Assembly (NCBI GenBank): GCA_022538095.1
Contig: JAKYXN010000032.1
Span: 1 to 62,457, forward strand
Reading direction: 5' to 3'
From: Puniceicoccaceae bacterium K14
GTDB taxonomy: Bacteria > Verrucomicrobiota > Verrucomicrobiia > Opitutales > Opitutaceae
Length of the DNA stretch: 62,457 bases
A program made the position numbers and the translations under genes. Positions within the stretch are counted from its first letter, which is position 1. Every line of letters starts with the position of its first letter. The notes beneath the pieces are model-generated. The model worked only from the letters and a program-made list of their open reading frames with translations, had not been told where the DNA came from and ran no database searches. Shown one piece after another: positions 51,157-60,735 of this stretch.

Positions 51157-51311
51157 TTTTGTATCTCTTTTTTACCCACAGATTACTTCGATAACAAAAA
51201 CCTTAGGTACAACCTCTCTTCCAATATGGCAATACAACCAATATCAAACCAAGTAAGATCTTCTTAATATTTTGTCTGTGTAAATCCGTGCAATCTGTGA
51301 GCAAATTCTTA

Positions 51312-52217
51312 TTAAACCCCTAGATCCAAAAAATAGAATCGTGGTTTTATTTTTTTCTTTCGTATAGCCGGAATCAAAAACTCCGGGATCGTATCAACAG
51401 CCTCAAAGCAGAATTTCCGAGGAAGGGTTTCGTACAATGAACGAGGAGGCAAACGATCCTCAATTCCCTTCAAGCGACAACCGCTTTTGTGACTGTGGTA
51501 ATAAATTCGTGAAATGCCAATTTCTCGATAAATAAACCAAATCGCAGCCGCTAAGATAGCTTCCTGCCATATTTTAACATGAGGTGCGAGGCACTCGCTT
51601 AGGTAATGCAAACGATGCCGTTCCTTAGAAGTGAGTTCATTTGGAATAGTATCCAAGTACGCTTTCTCACTATTCGCTTTGCGTATCCAATCTGTTTGGA
51701 TCTCCTCAATAAGTGCTTCATTGGTATCCAAACTCAAGTCGAGTCGTGCCCACGCCAGAGTATAGTACGGCGCCGGCGCTATTGGGTGCCCGTAAAAAGC
51801 ATACGGATTGCGATCACCATCTCCGACATAGCGTCGAAAGGCTGAATTATGCAGATTACTAAAATTAAGCTGCAAAACCAAATTAGCGTCAGTATTCGTT
51901 GTTTGATAATAATATCTTTCTCCATGTTTATCGTGTCCCCACTTCCCCAATGTCAACAAATAGGGTTCCACATCATTCGACCACACATCCACCCAATCAT
52001 CAGAGCGTAAGCGATTCGTCCCAATCGAGGATAGCCGCTGGCGAACGATTGGCTTTTTTAAAAGCCCTGAATATTGAGAGCGTTTGATAGCATCTATCGA
52101 CGAATCATCAAAAGCATAGCTGAGTAGATCGATTGCATATTTGTCCTTAAAATAAAAATACTTTGTTCGCCCTTTCGGGAAAGCATCTAAGATGTCATCT
52201 ATTTCTCGTAGTTTCAT
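51312..52217 (-). CDS. Hypothetical protein (301 aa), co-oriented with rtcB
   Basis: ATG-initiated. No recognisable domain, no TM, Tyr/Trp-rich. Separated from rtcB by 155 bp with no obvious terminator. Confidence 0.4.
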   Translation of the reverse strand: MKLREIDDILDAFPKGRTKYFYFKDKYAIDLLSYAFDDSSIDAIKRSQYSGLLKKPIVRQRLSSIGTNRLRSDDWVDVWSNDVEPYLLTLGKWGHDKHGERYYYQTTNTDANLVLQLNFSNLHNSAFRRYVGDGDRNPYAFYGHPIAPAPYYTLAWARLDLSLDTNEALIEEIQTDWIRKANSEKAYLDTIPNELTSKERHRLHYLSECLAPHVKIWQEAILAAAIWFIYREIGISRIYYHSHKSGCRLKGIEDRLPPRSLYETLPRKFCFEAVDTIPEFLIPAIRKKKIKPRFYFLDLGV

Positions 52218-52359
52218 CGTAAGTAATTCGAAAGAAACAACGGCGTGCGCTCATACAAAAACCCAATCTCAGGTCATAATTGTAGGGCGGTCTGTTAGGC
52301 CGCCATTATTCCCATTCAAGGCACATAAAAAAGATCGCCTCCCATCTGGAAGGCGATCT

Positions 52360-53463
52360 CTAGATAAGCTTGGTAACGCTCTCGGTAAGAGATTTCTCCC
52401 CGAGTACCACGCTTAGGTTGGAAGTCTTGGCGATGTTTTCCAATACCTCTAGTTCGCGAAGCTTCATCAACATCGGGTTGCTCTCAAGCAACTTCGCAGT
52501 ATTTAGCTGAGAACGCATTGCCGCAGTTTCCTCACGACGCTTGATACCATTTGCTTCAGAAGCCTTTTGAGCTTCGATCACTTGATTCAAGAGCTCCTTC
52601 ATGTCTCCAGGAAGAATCACGTCGCGGACACCCACGCTAATCACTTCGATACCCAAGGCCTTACCCTTATTCAGAACCGCTTGCTTTGCACTAGCCGCTA
52701 GAGATTCCTTATCGGATAATAGCGCATCCAAGCTACGACTCCCTACCTCAGCACGCAAAACCAATTGGGTTTCGCGGTACAAAGATTGCAGCGCATCCTG
52801 AGATGCTTCAAGGTACTTCCGGGCATCAACGATACGGCAAGACACCAACGCGTTTAAGCGAAGAGTCACCTTATCTTGTGTCATGATATCTTGACCTGAA
52901 ACATCGAGTATTTGATCACGCTGGTCTACCACATGGATTTTGACCTTAGCCACATCCCTCCAGAAAAAATGCTTTCCAGAAGGAAGAACCTTTCGGTATT
53001 CTCCATTCACGTACAAAACTCCAACCTTGCCTTCAGGAATTTCTGTCACGTCGAGCAACAATCCCGCCCCAGTAGACTTCAAAATACGAGTCATATCATT
53101 GCGAACAACTTGTAGTTCATTCGCATCGACACGCTCTACCTTGATGTCACGACCTTGATTCCAGTATCCATAAAGGCCTGGCTTCAATACACGCTCGAAA
53201 CGACCGTCTATCCAAAGAAAAGCTCGTTCGTTTTCCTTCAAGTCAACGAAAGTCGCCTTATCGGCAAGCAAATCGCACTTAGACAGTTGCTCAATATCTG
53301 CATGTACAATCGAAACAGCTTGTGGAGACTTAATCGCTATCTCAATAGGATATCTCCAACTCCACGCCCAATGAATACCTTCGCTCAATACATCCACCAA
53401 GCGTCCATTCTTAAAAAGTAATCCTAATTCGTTATACTTAACTTCTACTCTTAACACATTCAT
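52360..53463 (-). CDS. SPFH/band 7 domain protein (cytoplasmic; three N-terminal SPFH-start-like repeats)
   Basis: C-terminal SPFH core and coiled-coil (...VILPGDMKELLNQVIEAQKASEANGIKRREETAAMRSQ...). The N-terminus carries three copies of a ...G(L/V)L(F/Y/W).NG.(L/F/Y)..VL..G.(H/Y)(F/W).W... motif. No TM segment. Confidence 0.65.
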   Translation of the reverse strand: MNVLRVEVKYNELGLLFKNGRLVDVLSEGIHWAWSWRYPIEIAIKSPQAVSIVHADIEQLSKCDLLADKATFVDLKENERAFLWIDGRFERVLKPGLYGYWNQGRDIKVERVDANELQVVRNDMTRILKSTGAGLLLDVTEIPEGKVGVLYVNGEYRKVLPSGKHFFWRDVAKVKIHVVDQRDQILDVSGQDIMTQDKVTLRLNALVSCRIVDARKYLEASQDALQSLYRETQLVLRAEVGSRSLDALLSDKESLAASAKQAVLNKGKALGIEVISVGVRDVILPGDMKELLNQVIEAQKASEANGIKRREETAAMRSQLNTAKLLESNPMLMKLRELEVLENIAKTSNLSVVLGEKSLTESVTKLI

Positions 53464-53841
53464 CTTATTCTCCTTTCTTTTTAACTAGCCATAGTAGCTA
53501 GCCTAAATTCGTTGTTTATTACTAATATTGCGCAAAAACCTCACGTGCCCTCAGGCTGCAGCAAACACACTGCTCCCAAGATTTCTGCGGAAGTAAGCTT
53601 TAGTAAGTTCGTCCAAAACTCATTGAAAAAGGAATCAGCACACGCATTCACTTCGTAAATACGCATCCGTCTTCATAATCTCCGATCCAAAAAGACCAAA
53701 GCCAGTTTCCATGAGTTCTAGCTTGCTCACGACATCCACTCACTTTCAGGCATCCTTCTTGTTGTCTTGCGTTTCGTAAAGAAACACGCAACAGAGCAGA
53801 GCGAAGCCGCACCCCTCAGGCTTTCGTTTGAGACCGAGTGA

Positions 53842-53880
53842 CAGTCGGTAGGGATTCGAACCCCATGGGTTGCCCCATTA
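53842..53880 (-). other. tRNA 3'-half remnant (T-arm + acceptor 3' strand) directly downstream of the tRNA
   Basis: Minus strand ...ccatgggg-ttcgaat-cccta-ccgactg: a canonical T-loop and stem with no matching 5' acceptor strand anywhere nearby. Confidence 0.35.
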
Positions 53881-53886
53881 TCCGTT

Positions 53887-53962
53887 TGGTTTGATGTACC
53901 GGAATTGAACCGGCGACAAAATGAACCTAATCATCTGCTCTACCAAGCTGAGCTAACATCAC
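53887..53962 (-). tRNA. tRNA-like gene with cloverleaf arms and an encoded CCA but a non-canonical anticodon loop (6 or 8 nt); identity undetermined
   Basis: Minus-strand 76 nt: acceptor gtgatgt/acatcaa (G1-A72 mismatch), D-arm gctc-agcttggta-gagc, anticodon stem gatga/tcatt with loop ttaggt, variable ttgtc, T-arm gccgg-ttcaatt-ccggt, ACCA end. The anticodon cannot be assigned (AGG or TAG depending on register). Confidence 0.55.
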
Positions 53963-54235
53963 GTTGTGGTTTTCGCGCAATCCTCATATGCAGTCACGGG
54001 ACGCAAACATCCGATCTTCGGAAGCCACGCCGCTAGCTTTGACTACGTGAAATTGTTTGGCGAAATCGCTTCGCCATTTTAATATAATAAACATATAATT
54101 AATAATATATAAGCACACACCATCACCCCTCTCGATAATAGTGTTTCATATATCGGTTTGAATGGCCGGAGGATTTTTTCCGGTCGTTGCATTGCTTTAC
54201 CTGGGCGCAATGCTAAAAGCCTCATAAAAATTGGG

Positions 54236-54271
54236 TACAAAAAAGCCTGTTCGCTTTGGTTAGAACAGGCT
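54236..54271 (-). terminator. Rho-independent terminator (minus strand) inside the gene-poor gap
   Basis: On the minus strand: agcctgtt-ctaaccaaagcg-aacaggct followed by TTTTTTGT. No annotated gene ends just upstream, so it may terminate an unannotated small transcript. Confidence 0.5.
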
Positions 54272-54725
54272 CGCATTCTGAAAGAGTGATCCGATTGAAC
54301 GGAGTCCTTCATCATCCGAGCTGTCTCCCTTTCTCTGGAATCACATCACCAAAGGGCTGAGCTGCCTTTATTCTATTGTATATTAACATTTTAATTATCC
54401 TTTCGATCTTCAGGGCACAAAAAAACCGCACCCTTTGTTGGAGCGGCTACGTGTTGAAAATACAGCTTAATGTACTAACGCACTACGCGCCTCTCGCTTG
54501 ATTTTGTGTTCAGATCACTGCCAAATGGAATCTGACAATAAGCATCCCCGCCATGGGCTTTGCTCGGTGCCAAAACGGCTGATCTGTTTTGAGGTTCTTG
54601 TTTCATTGCGACAGATCAGTACGCGAATAAATTCATTCGTCAAGCAATTATATTATAAATATATAATTTTATTATTCTCCAAGAGGAGCAAGAGAAAGAA
54701 TCAAAACCAACTGCTTGGGAACTCT

Positions 54726-55310
54726 CTAAAGCCGATGCAGCAAATAGCGAACAGTTTGCGGCAGGAGAGCCTTAACGTCACGGCCAGTTATACCCGAAAT
54801 CATGATACACCCTTCAATCTGAGTCAAAACTGCCAAGGCTGCTTCTTCAACATTGAAAGATTCGGAAAACTCACCTCGCAGCTTTCCTTGTTCCAGTATT
54901 ACGGTAAAGAATTTTAAATAGCCTTCGAAATAGCCAGATATGCATTGAAACAGACTCGGAGCACGCGTACTTCGAGCGAAACTTTCCAACACGACAGGGA
55001 ATAGGATCTGCGTCTCATCAACCAATTCCACCACTCCTTCAACATATCGCTCCAAACGTTCGACCGCCGTGCCCGAAGCTTCGACTAATTCCTTTTGCCA
55101 CGATTCATCGCAGGAAAAAATCCGATGCACTAAAGCCTCGATGATCTCTTCCTTACTTTTGAAGTAGTGATAGAGTGACGCCTTACTGAGCCCGGCTTCG
55201 ACCGAAAGATCAGACATACTTGCCCCATCAATTCCCTTTTTACTAAACAGCTTACCTGCCGCTTCCAGGATCTGCCCAACTCTCGCTTCACTAACATCTT
55301 CCCTACTCAT
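54726..55310 (-). CDS. TetR/AcrR family transcriptional regulator
   Basis: N-terminal HTH ...ILEAAGKLFSKKGIDGASMSDLSVEAGLSKASLYHYFKSKEEI... 194 aa. Divergent from the SRPBCC/GyrI-like gene. Confidence 0.9.
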   Translation of the reverse strand: MSREDVSEARVGQILEAAGKLFSKKGIDGASMSDLSVEAGLSKASLYHYFKSKEEIIEALVHRIFSCDESWQKELVEASGTAVERLERYVEGVVELVDETQILFPVVLESFARSTRAPSLFQCISGYFEGYLKFFTVILEQGKLRGEFSESFNVEEAALAVLTQIEGCIMISGITGRDVKALLPQTVRYLLHRL

Positions 55311-55315
55311 AGTCT

Positions 55316-55325
55316 ACCGTACGGT
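55316..55325. promoter_or_regulatory. 10-bp perfect palindrome accgtacggt abutting the TetR start codon (candidate operator)
   Basis: Lies 6 bp upstream of the TetR ATG within the divergent intergenic region. A second 10-bp palindrome attgcgcaat sits at 55407-55416. Confidence 0.35.
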
Positions 55326-55506
55326 CAGCAAGACAACGAGCACCAACTGTTCCCGACTGCAAGGTTCTTGGCTCTTCAGCTTTAACAGAACTCTCCATTA
55401 GGCAGAATTGCGCAATATAGCAGCCCTATGTCACCAATACATTCTTGAATAATTGGCAGTCTCTCCCTAGATATTTCCAATAAGTTAACCTCAACTAATT
55501 GTTCCT

Positions 55507-56430
55507 ATGCCAAAATTCAGCATCACAAAATCCACTACGATCAATTCCCCTCAGGAAATGGTATTTACGACTGTCAGAGATTTTCACCAATGGCCAACCT
55601 GGTCTCCCTGGCTGATCGCCGAACCCGATTGTGACGTTAACGTCGCGGAAGATGGAATGAGCTACACCTGGGATGGCAAGATCGTCGGAAGTGGCAAAAT
55701 GGAAATATTGGATGAAACCCCAAACAACCAGATTTCATATCGCCTCACTTTCTTGACTCCATGGAAATCTGTTAGCTCCGTTAGCTTTTCGTTCCAGGCA
55801 AAAGGCGAAGCCACCGAAGTGACCTGGACAATGGATGGTTCACTACCATTTTTCCTATTTTGGATGAAAAAGATGATGGTTGCCTTCGTCGGCATGGACT
55901 ACGAACGCGGCCTCTCGATGTTGAAGGACTATTGCGAAACCGGAAACGTGCCATCCAAGCTTGGTTTCAACGGCACTCAGTCCTTCCAAGGCTTTTCCTA
56001 CATTGGTCTTAAAACAAGTTGCTCTATCGCTGATATGGGCGATCGCATGAAAAGCGATTTTGAAAATTTGTGGGCAACTGTATCGGAAGCCAAGATTGAA
56101 CCAACTGGAAAACCTTTTTCCATCTACCACAAGCACGACCCGGTATCGGGACGATCTGAATACACAATCGGCGTTCCCATCGTAAGTACTCCTAGCTCAA
56201 TTCCATCATCGCTCATTTCAGGCACAATAGCGAGTTGCGAAACCTGGAGCGTCACCCACACTGGTCCCTACCGCCACCTCGGAAATCCTTGGTCTGCCGG
56301 AATGATGTACGCACGCGCAAAAGCGTTCAAACAACAAAAGGGCATTCACCCCTTCGAAGTATACGACAACGATCCCACAGAAACGTCCGAAAATGATCTT
56401 CAAACAACAATCCACTTTGCAGTGAAATAG
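55507..56430 (+). CDS. SRPBCC (START/Bet v1-like) domain fused to GyrI-like small-molecule-binding domain
   Basis: The N-terminal half has SRPBCC-like ...FTTVRDFHQWPTWSPW.... The C-terminal half has a GyrI-like/AraC-effector-binding pattern (...FSIYHKHDPVSGRSEYTIGVPI...HTGPY..LG..W...). Classic TetR-controlled ligand-binding partner. Confidence 0.5.
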   Translation: MPKFSITKSTTINSPQEMVFTTVRDFHQWPTWSPWLIAEPDCDVNVAEDGMSYTWDGKIVGSGKMEILDETPNNQISYRLTFLTPWKSVSSVSFSFQAKGEATEVTWTMDGSLPFFLFWMKKMMVAFVGMDYERGLSMLKDYCETGNVPSKLGFNGTQSFQGFSYIGLKTSCSIADMGDRMKSDFENLWATVSEAKIEPTGKPFSIYHKHDPVSGRSEYTIGVPIVSTPSSIPSSLISGTIASCETWSVTHTGPYRHLGNPWSAGMMYARAKAFKQQKGIHPFEVYDNDPTETSENDLQTTIHFAVK

Positions 56431-56464
56431 TTCCTCTATCGCTCGTTGCGATAGAGGAATAGCT

Positions 56465-57673
56465 TTATACCGAACAAACACCTTCTGCTTGCCTCGAGGA
56501 AATCGCTACAGCAGCGACCACAGCAAATATGCCTGCCATTAACCACCAGGTAGGTCCGAAGACTCCATAGCCCCACAAACCCAAGCTTCCAGCTAAATTG
56601 GAGAGAGCCCATGTCATGCCTCTCAAGCCAAAGTAACGACCGCGAAATTTCTCAGGAGCCAAGTTACTACTATATGCCATTCCAATCGGCAAAGCGACGA
56701 TCTCTCCGATCGTGAAAACGAACATAGCGAGAAAAAATCCCATCATCGAGTCAACAACGCCGAACAACGCACAGCCAATTCCAACTAAGACATAGCCGAT
56801 CGCTAACACTTTGCGGCTCTCAAATCGCTTGATGTATTGAATCAAGGGAATTTCAACCAGAACGATCAACAATCCATTAAACCCCATCACGATTCCATAA
56901 ACCTTCGGACTAATCCCTGCCTCGCGAGTCGTCAAGGCAAGCAAACTAAAGATTTGGCAAAACGCTATTCCCATCAAGAAAATGGCCAACAAAAACTGTT
57001 TGTATTCATAATTTCTATTAACGCTTGAAAGAGCATCTCCCCAGCTCTTGAGAACCACCTTAGGCGACGAAACTTTCCCCTTAACCGTGCGCAAGCCATG
57101 CGGAAGCATACAAAAAGCTAATACCGCAAATACCATAGTAGTCGCAGCATCACCCACAAAAATAAGCATCGGCGAAGTCATATACAAGACCCCCGCAACC
57201 ATGGGACCTACCGCAAAGCCCAAATTAATCGCGAGCCTCATGAGTGTATACGCCGTTATACGGCTATCCGCAGTTACGAGATCCGCAATCAACGCATTCG
57301 AAGGAGGACCAAACAAAAATGACGAGAAGCCATAGATTGCAGCAGTAACCAATAAGGTCACGTAACCATCCGAATAATACACTGAGATCAAACTGACTGA
57401 ACTACCCGCCAATGAGAGGACTATCGTGTTGCGACGACCGATAGCATCTGAGAGATACCCTCCGACAATAGGCCCCAACAAATTGCCCCCTGCGATTGCA
57501 GCGAGAACCCCAGAAACCAATACGAGGGCATACCCTTTCTCCGTTAAATATAGAGATAAAAACGGGTACACAAATGCTCCTAAGCGATTTATAAATTGCC
57601 CAAAGACAAGAATATAGACAGGACGCGGCAATGAGCCGATATCCGTTCTGATTGTTAACCAAAATTGTTTCAT
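56465..57673 (-). CDS. MFS transporter
   Basis: 12 TM segments. MFS motif region ...GGYLSDAIGRRNTIV.... The track start (TTG at 57724) was trimmed to the ATG at 57673. Confidence 0.8.
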   Translation of the reverse strand: MKQFWLTIRTDIGSLPRPVYILVFGQFINRLGAFVYPFLSLYLTEKGYALVLVSGVLAAIAGGNLLGPIVGGYLSDAIGRRNTIVLSLAGSSVSLISVYYSDGYVTLLVTAAIYGFSSFLFGPPSNALIADLVTADSRITAYTLMRLAINLGFAVGPMVAGVLYMTSPMLIFVGDAATTMVFAVLAFCMLPHGLRTVKGKVSSPKVVLKSWGDALSSVNRNYEYKQFLLAIFLMGIAFCQIFSLLALTTREAGISPKVYGIVMGFNGLLIVLVEIPLIQYIKRFESRKVLAIGYVLVGIGCALFGVVDSMMGFFLAMFVFTIGEIVALPIGMAYSSNLAPEKFRGRYFGLRGMTWALSNLAGSLGLWGYGVFGPTWWLMAGIFAVVAAVAISSRQAEGVCSV

Positions 57674-57721
57674 GGTGGTGACTTGTTCATAGTTCTGCGT
57701 GTAGTGCTCTGATAGGGACGA

Positions 57722-57760
57722 CAAAAAAGCCCCTGCCGATTTTTGAAATCAACAGGGGCT
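57722..57760 (-). terminator. Hairpin + T-run (minus strand) between the HxlR and MFS genes
   Basis: On the minus strand: agcccctg-(16-nt loop)-caggggct followed by TTTTTTGT. It sits ~50 bp upstream of the MFS start. Confidence 0.5.
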
Positions 57761-58040
57761 CTAGAAAAATTTAGTTTTTGCTATATGGCGTGCTTACAAA
57801 CTCTTTGCTAGCCAATGCTCCTCTGTTGGTTTCGATGCGTATCCACGAATACTCCAATTATGCACACAACGTCCCATAGTCAGCGGTTTAAGCGCTGACG
57901 CTTTGTCGGATTTCATAAAAATGTGCTGAGTCGAGGTCATTTAGAGACGTGAAAGAAACTCACCCTTTTGCGATGAGGCAAGCTCCAAAAAGAAAATTTA
58001 AACGACAAAATATGAAATTTTCTATTTTTTTAGAAAACCA

Positions 58041-58655
58041 TTAAGCTCCGGCAAGCAGTTGCGTCAGCAGTTCCTTCTCTCCTGAGATTTCAATATTTCT
58101 GCTTGCTCGATTTTTCATATCGCCTGTGACAATCAAACGACAAAGCTCTGCCTCATCTCCAGCGAGAGACAAATTTGCAAGGGGTGACTCACCCACAACC
58201 GAACGAATTTTTCCTTCTTTTTCGAAGAAGCAGTATACGTTTTTTGGTGACGTAATGTTTATTGCCCATTCTCGGTCAAGCGGCTTCCAGCGACGCCTTG
58301 CCGAAAGGAGAGCCCATCGCAAATTCGGTCTGTCTTCTGGATTGATTTCCATCGCATGCTCAAAGCCCCAGTGACCCAATGCAAAAACAACCTCCTCAAG
58401 AGCTTCTCCTTTTTCAGTCAATCGGTAAGCGCTTCCTTTCAATCCTGGTTGCACAGCTTCAATCAACCCAGCTTCCTGCATTTCCTTAATGCGCTTGGCC
58501 AATAAGTTCGTCGTGACCCCCTGTAGCCGCTCCAACAATTCACCATAACGCGAAGGCCCCATCAGCAAATCTCGAACAATCAAAAGAGTCCACCGCTCTC
58601 CCAATACATCGAGGGCCTTCGACACTCCACAAATCTGACAATAACTCCTCTTCAC
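58041..58655 (-). CDS. HxlR-type winged-helix transcriptional regulator with C-terminal extension
   Basis: ...CQICGVSKALDVLGERWTLLIVRDLLMGPSRYGELLERLQGVTTNLLAKRIKEMQEAGLI is HxlR/DUF24. GTG start. Confidence 0.7.
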   Translation of the reverse strand: MKRSYCQICGVSKALDVLGERWTLLIVRDLLMGPSRYGELLERLQGVTTNLLAKRIKEMQEAGLIEAVQPGLKGSAYRLTEKGEALEEVVFALGHWGFEHAMEINPEDRPNLRWALLSARRRWKPLDREWAINITSPKNVYCFFEKEGKIRSVVGESPLANLSLAGDEAELCRLIVTGDMKNRASRNIEISGEKELLTQLLAGA

Positions 58656-58698
58656 AATTAACTTTATTTTTTAATAGTTTAAAGTACTAATTTCTAAT

Positions 58699-59391
58699 AT
58701 GCCATCTGCTTCTTCATTTGCAATCCTATCTTCAGCAATCATCGCGACTTGGGTTTCTCTCTCGTTTTGGAAAGCTTCCAAAAGCGTCGAAAAGTCTCCC
58801 TGGCCTATCGCCATATACCTCCTATGGATTGCCGGCACAGCGGCACTGGCTAACGCTGGAGGTTTGGCCGTGTTCAGCCCTGCCCCTTTTCCAATGATAG
58901 CAGTATTAGTAGTAGGTACGCTCTTATCAATCAGCTTCGCCCTGTCTCCTTGGGGCGATCGCATACTCGAAAGCTTCAGCTTGCACGCACTGATAGGATT
59001 TCATGCCTTTCGCTTTCTCCCAGAATTCCTAATTTGGCTAGGCTTCCACGAAGGCATAACTCCAGTGCAAATGTCGATCGAAGGGCGAAACTGGGATATC
59101 ATTTCTCCCATTACAGCTATCGCAGCCTATTTCGTAATCAAAAAGGGAATCTCAACGAAAGCAGTTACAATCGCATGGAGTGCACTATCCTGCGCCTTGC
59201 TTATAAATATCGTAACCGTTGCGATTCTTTCGATTCCCTCTCCATTTAGACAATTTCATAACGAGCCAGCTAACACCTTCGTTACACAATTTCCATTTGT
59301 ATGGTTACCCACAATACATGTCACAGCAGCGATAGCAGGCCAGGTCTTAGTAATTCGAAAATTGCTCAAGATCACCAGAAAAACAAATTAG
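58699..59391 (+). CDS. Hypothetical multi-pass membrane protein
   Basis: About 6 TM segments. Divergent from the HxlR gene. No family. Confidence 0.4.
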   Translation: MPSASSFAILSSAIIATWVSLSFWKASKSVEKSPWPIAIYLLWIAGTAALANAGGLAVFSPAPFPMIAVLVVGTLLSISFALSPWGDRILESFSLHALIGFHAFRFLPEFLIWLGFHEGITPVQMSIEGRNWDIISPITAIAAYFVIKKGISTKAVTIAWSALSCALLINIVTVAILSIPSPFRQFHNEPANTFVTQFPFVWLPTIHVTAAIAGQVLVIRKLLKITRKTN

Positions 59392-59401
59392 GCAAAACGC
59401 A

Positions 59402-60388
59402 TCAGAGCCCCTTTTCCGACAAAAAGGATAAAATGGACTCAACTACTAGAGACGTTTTTTTGGGAGCCAAAATATTTCCAGCAACAAGGTGACTACTCGG
59501 GCTTCCCGGGTCTTGGATCAAAATCATTTGATTCAGTTCCTCGCTTCCCAAACTCTCAAATATTTCTATTGTCTTCGTTTGGTCAACCAACTGATCATCA
59601 GCCGATAAAAGGATGCAAACTGGAATCTGGATACGCGAAAAATCTACTGTATTCGCCAAGCTCACCATCGCAGCCATCGGAGCCAAAGCACTTGTCGGCA
59701 TGCGCTGCGTCCAGTATTTTCTGTGCTCTTCGCTTAGAGGCTCTGATTTCCAAGTGAATTCTTTTCCTTGAATCAATTCCGCAATTCGAATTCCCCAAGG
59801 CCATGTCAAAATCGCCGCACGCGAATCCGCTGGAACAAAGTTTGGCGAAAGCAATATGAGGGCATGCAAATCATATTCTCCGAGGTCCAAAACCGTCATC
59901 AATGAAGTGGCACCCGACGATGTCGCTATAACAATCACTTTTTTTCCAATACGTTTCCCAATTTCAAGAGCCTCATGCACATCATTCGCCCAAGCGCCCA
60001 CTGACGCTTCCAGCATCGCATCCACAGAAGTCCGACCATGGCCGGCAAAACGTGCATAAAAAACATTCGCCCCAATTGATTGAGCCACTTCTTCCGATAC
60101 AGGCGCAACCTCCTGCCGAGTCGCTGAAAAACCATGCAAATAGACAATCGAGTATTCAGTCTGATGCCCAACTTCTTCAAACCAAACAATCTCCTTTTGG
60201 GCATTATCGACAATGTCAGTATAACGAGATTCCGATTCCGCCAAGTAAGCATCCAAGTTCTTAGGTAGAACAAGCGACTCAATTGATATCTCCCTCGAAA
60301 CTCTCGGCCCCAAGGCGAAAACAATTCCCAACAAGATGACAAAACCCAACAAAACTCTAACAACCGACTTTATCATAAATCTATCCAT
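59402..60388 (-). CDS. Membrane-anchored alpha/beta hydrolase
   Basis: N-terminal TM anchor. ...IVYLHGFSATRQEV... and the nucleophile-elbow-like ...VIVIATSSGATSL... are alpha/beta hydrolase features. Late Asp/His are present. The track GTG start at 60478 was trimmed to the ATG at 60388. Confidence 0.6.
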   Translation of the reverse strand: MDRFMIKSVVRVLLGFVILLGIVFALGPRVSREISIESLVLPKNLDAYLAESESRYTDIVDNAQKEIVWFEEVGHQTEYSIVYLHGFSATRQEVAPVSEEVAQSIGANVFYARFAGHGRTSVDAMLEASVGAWANDVHEALEIGKRIGKKVIVIATSSGATSLMTVLDLGEYDLHALILLSPNFVPADSRAAILTWPWGIRIAELIQGKEFTWKSEPLSEEHRKYWTQRMPTSALAPMAAMVSLANTVDFSRIQIPVCILLSADDQLVDQTKTIEIFESLGSEELNQMILIQDPGSPSSHLVAGNILAPKKTSLVVESILSFLSEKGL

Positions 60389-60484
60389 CAGGTTATTCCC
60401 ACTACAGCAAAGCAAGTCGAGATTGAAAACACTCCCCTTAGCCCTCCGAAGCTCAAAGAGCGAAGCAAGGATCCCCACTCACAG

Positions 60485-60625
60485 CTTTTACATCAGCATT
60501 ATCCGACACGGTGTATATTTAGCGACATGAGAAAATGCTTAGTCAATTTGTAATAATATTTTAACCACAGAAACAAGACAAAACTGCCGCTGCGTAGCAA
60601 GACGTGTGTGAGCATCGTCGAGAAG
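60485..60625 (+). repeat. ~130-bp repeat copy A upstream of vapBC (shares a gacatgaga core with the IS3-like left end)
   Basis: gcgacatgagaaaa...ttgtaataatattt...acagaaaca...ctgccgctgcgtagca is ~75% identical to copy B at 61395-61520. Confidence 0.6.
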
Positions 60626-60735
60626 CTCACGGGTCCCTCAACACCCTCGCCAACCTCAACCCTAACCCAACCCGCCTCCTGAGTCGACGCTCCATCACTC
60701 GGCATTCACCAAAGAGAAATTGACTCAAACAAATT

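Noticed and set aside
53842-53962. Reading the two T-arm-like segments as a single long-variable-arm tRNA (Leu/Ser/Tyr) or as tmRNA.
   Set aside because: No consistent cloverleaf results: the spacing between the D-arm and the first T-arm already gives a complete type-I tRNA. The second T-arm lacks a 5' acceptor partner, and the tmRNA 3' consensus is not matched.
54079-54315. 78-aa minus-strand ORF in the gene-poor gap.
   Set aside because: It spans an intrinsic terminator hairpin and T-run, is AT-rich low complexity, and has no family.
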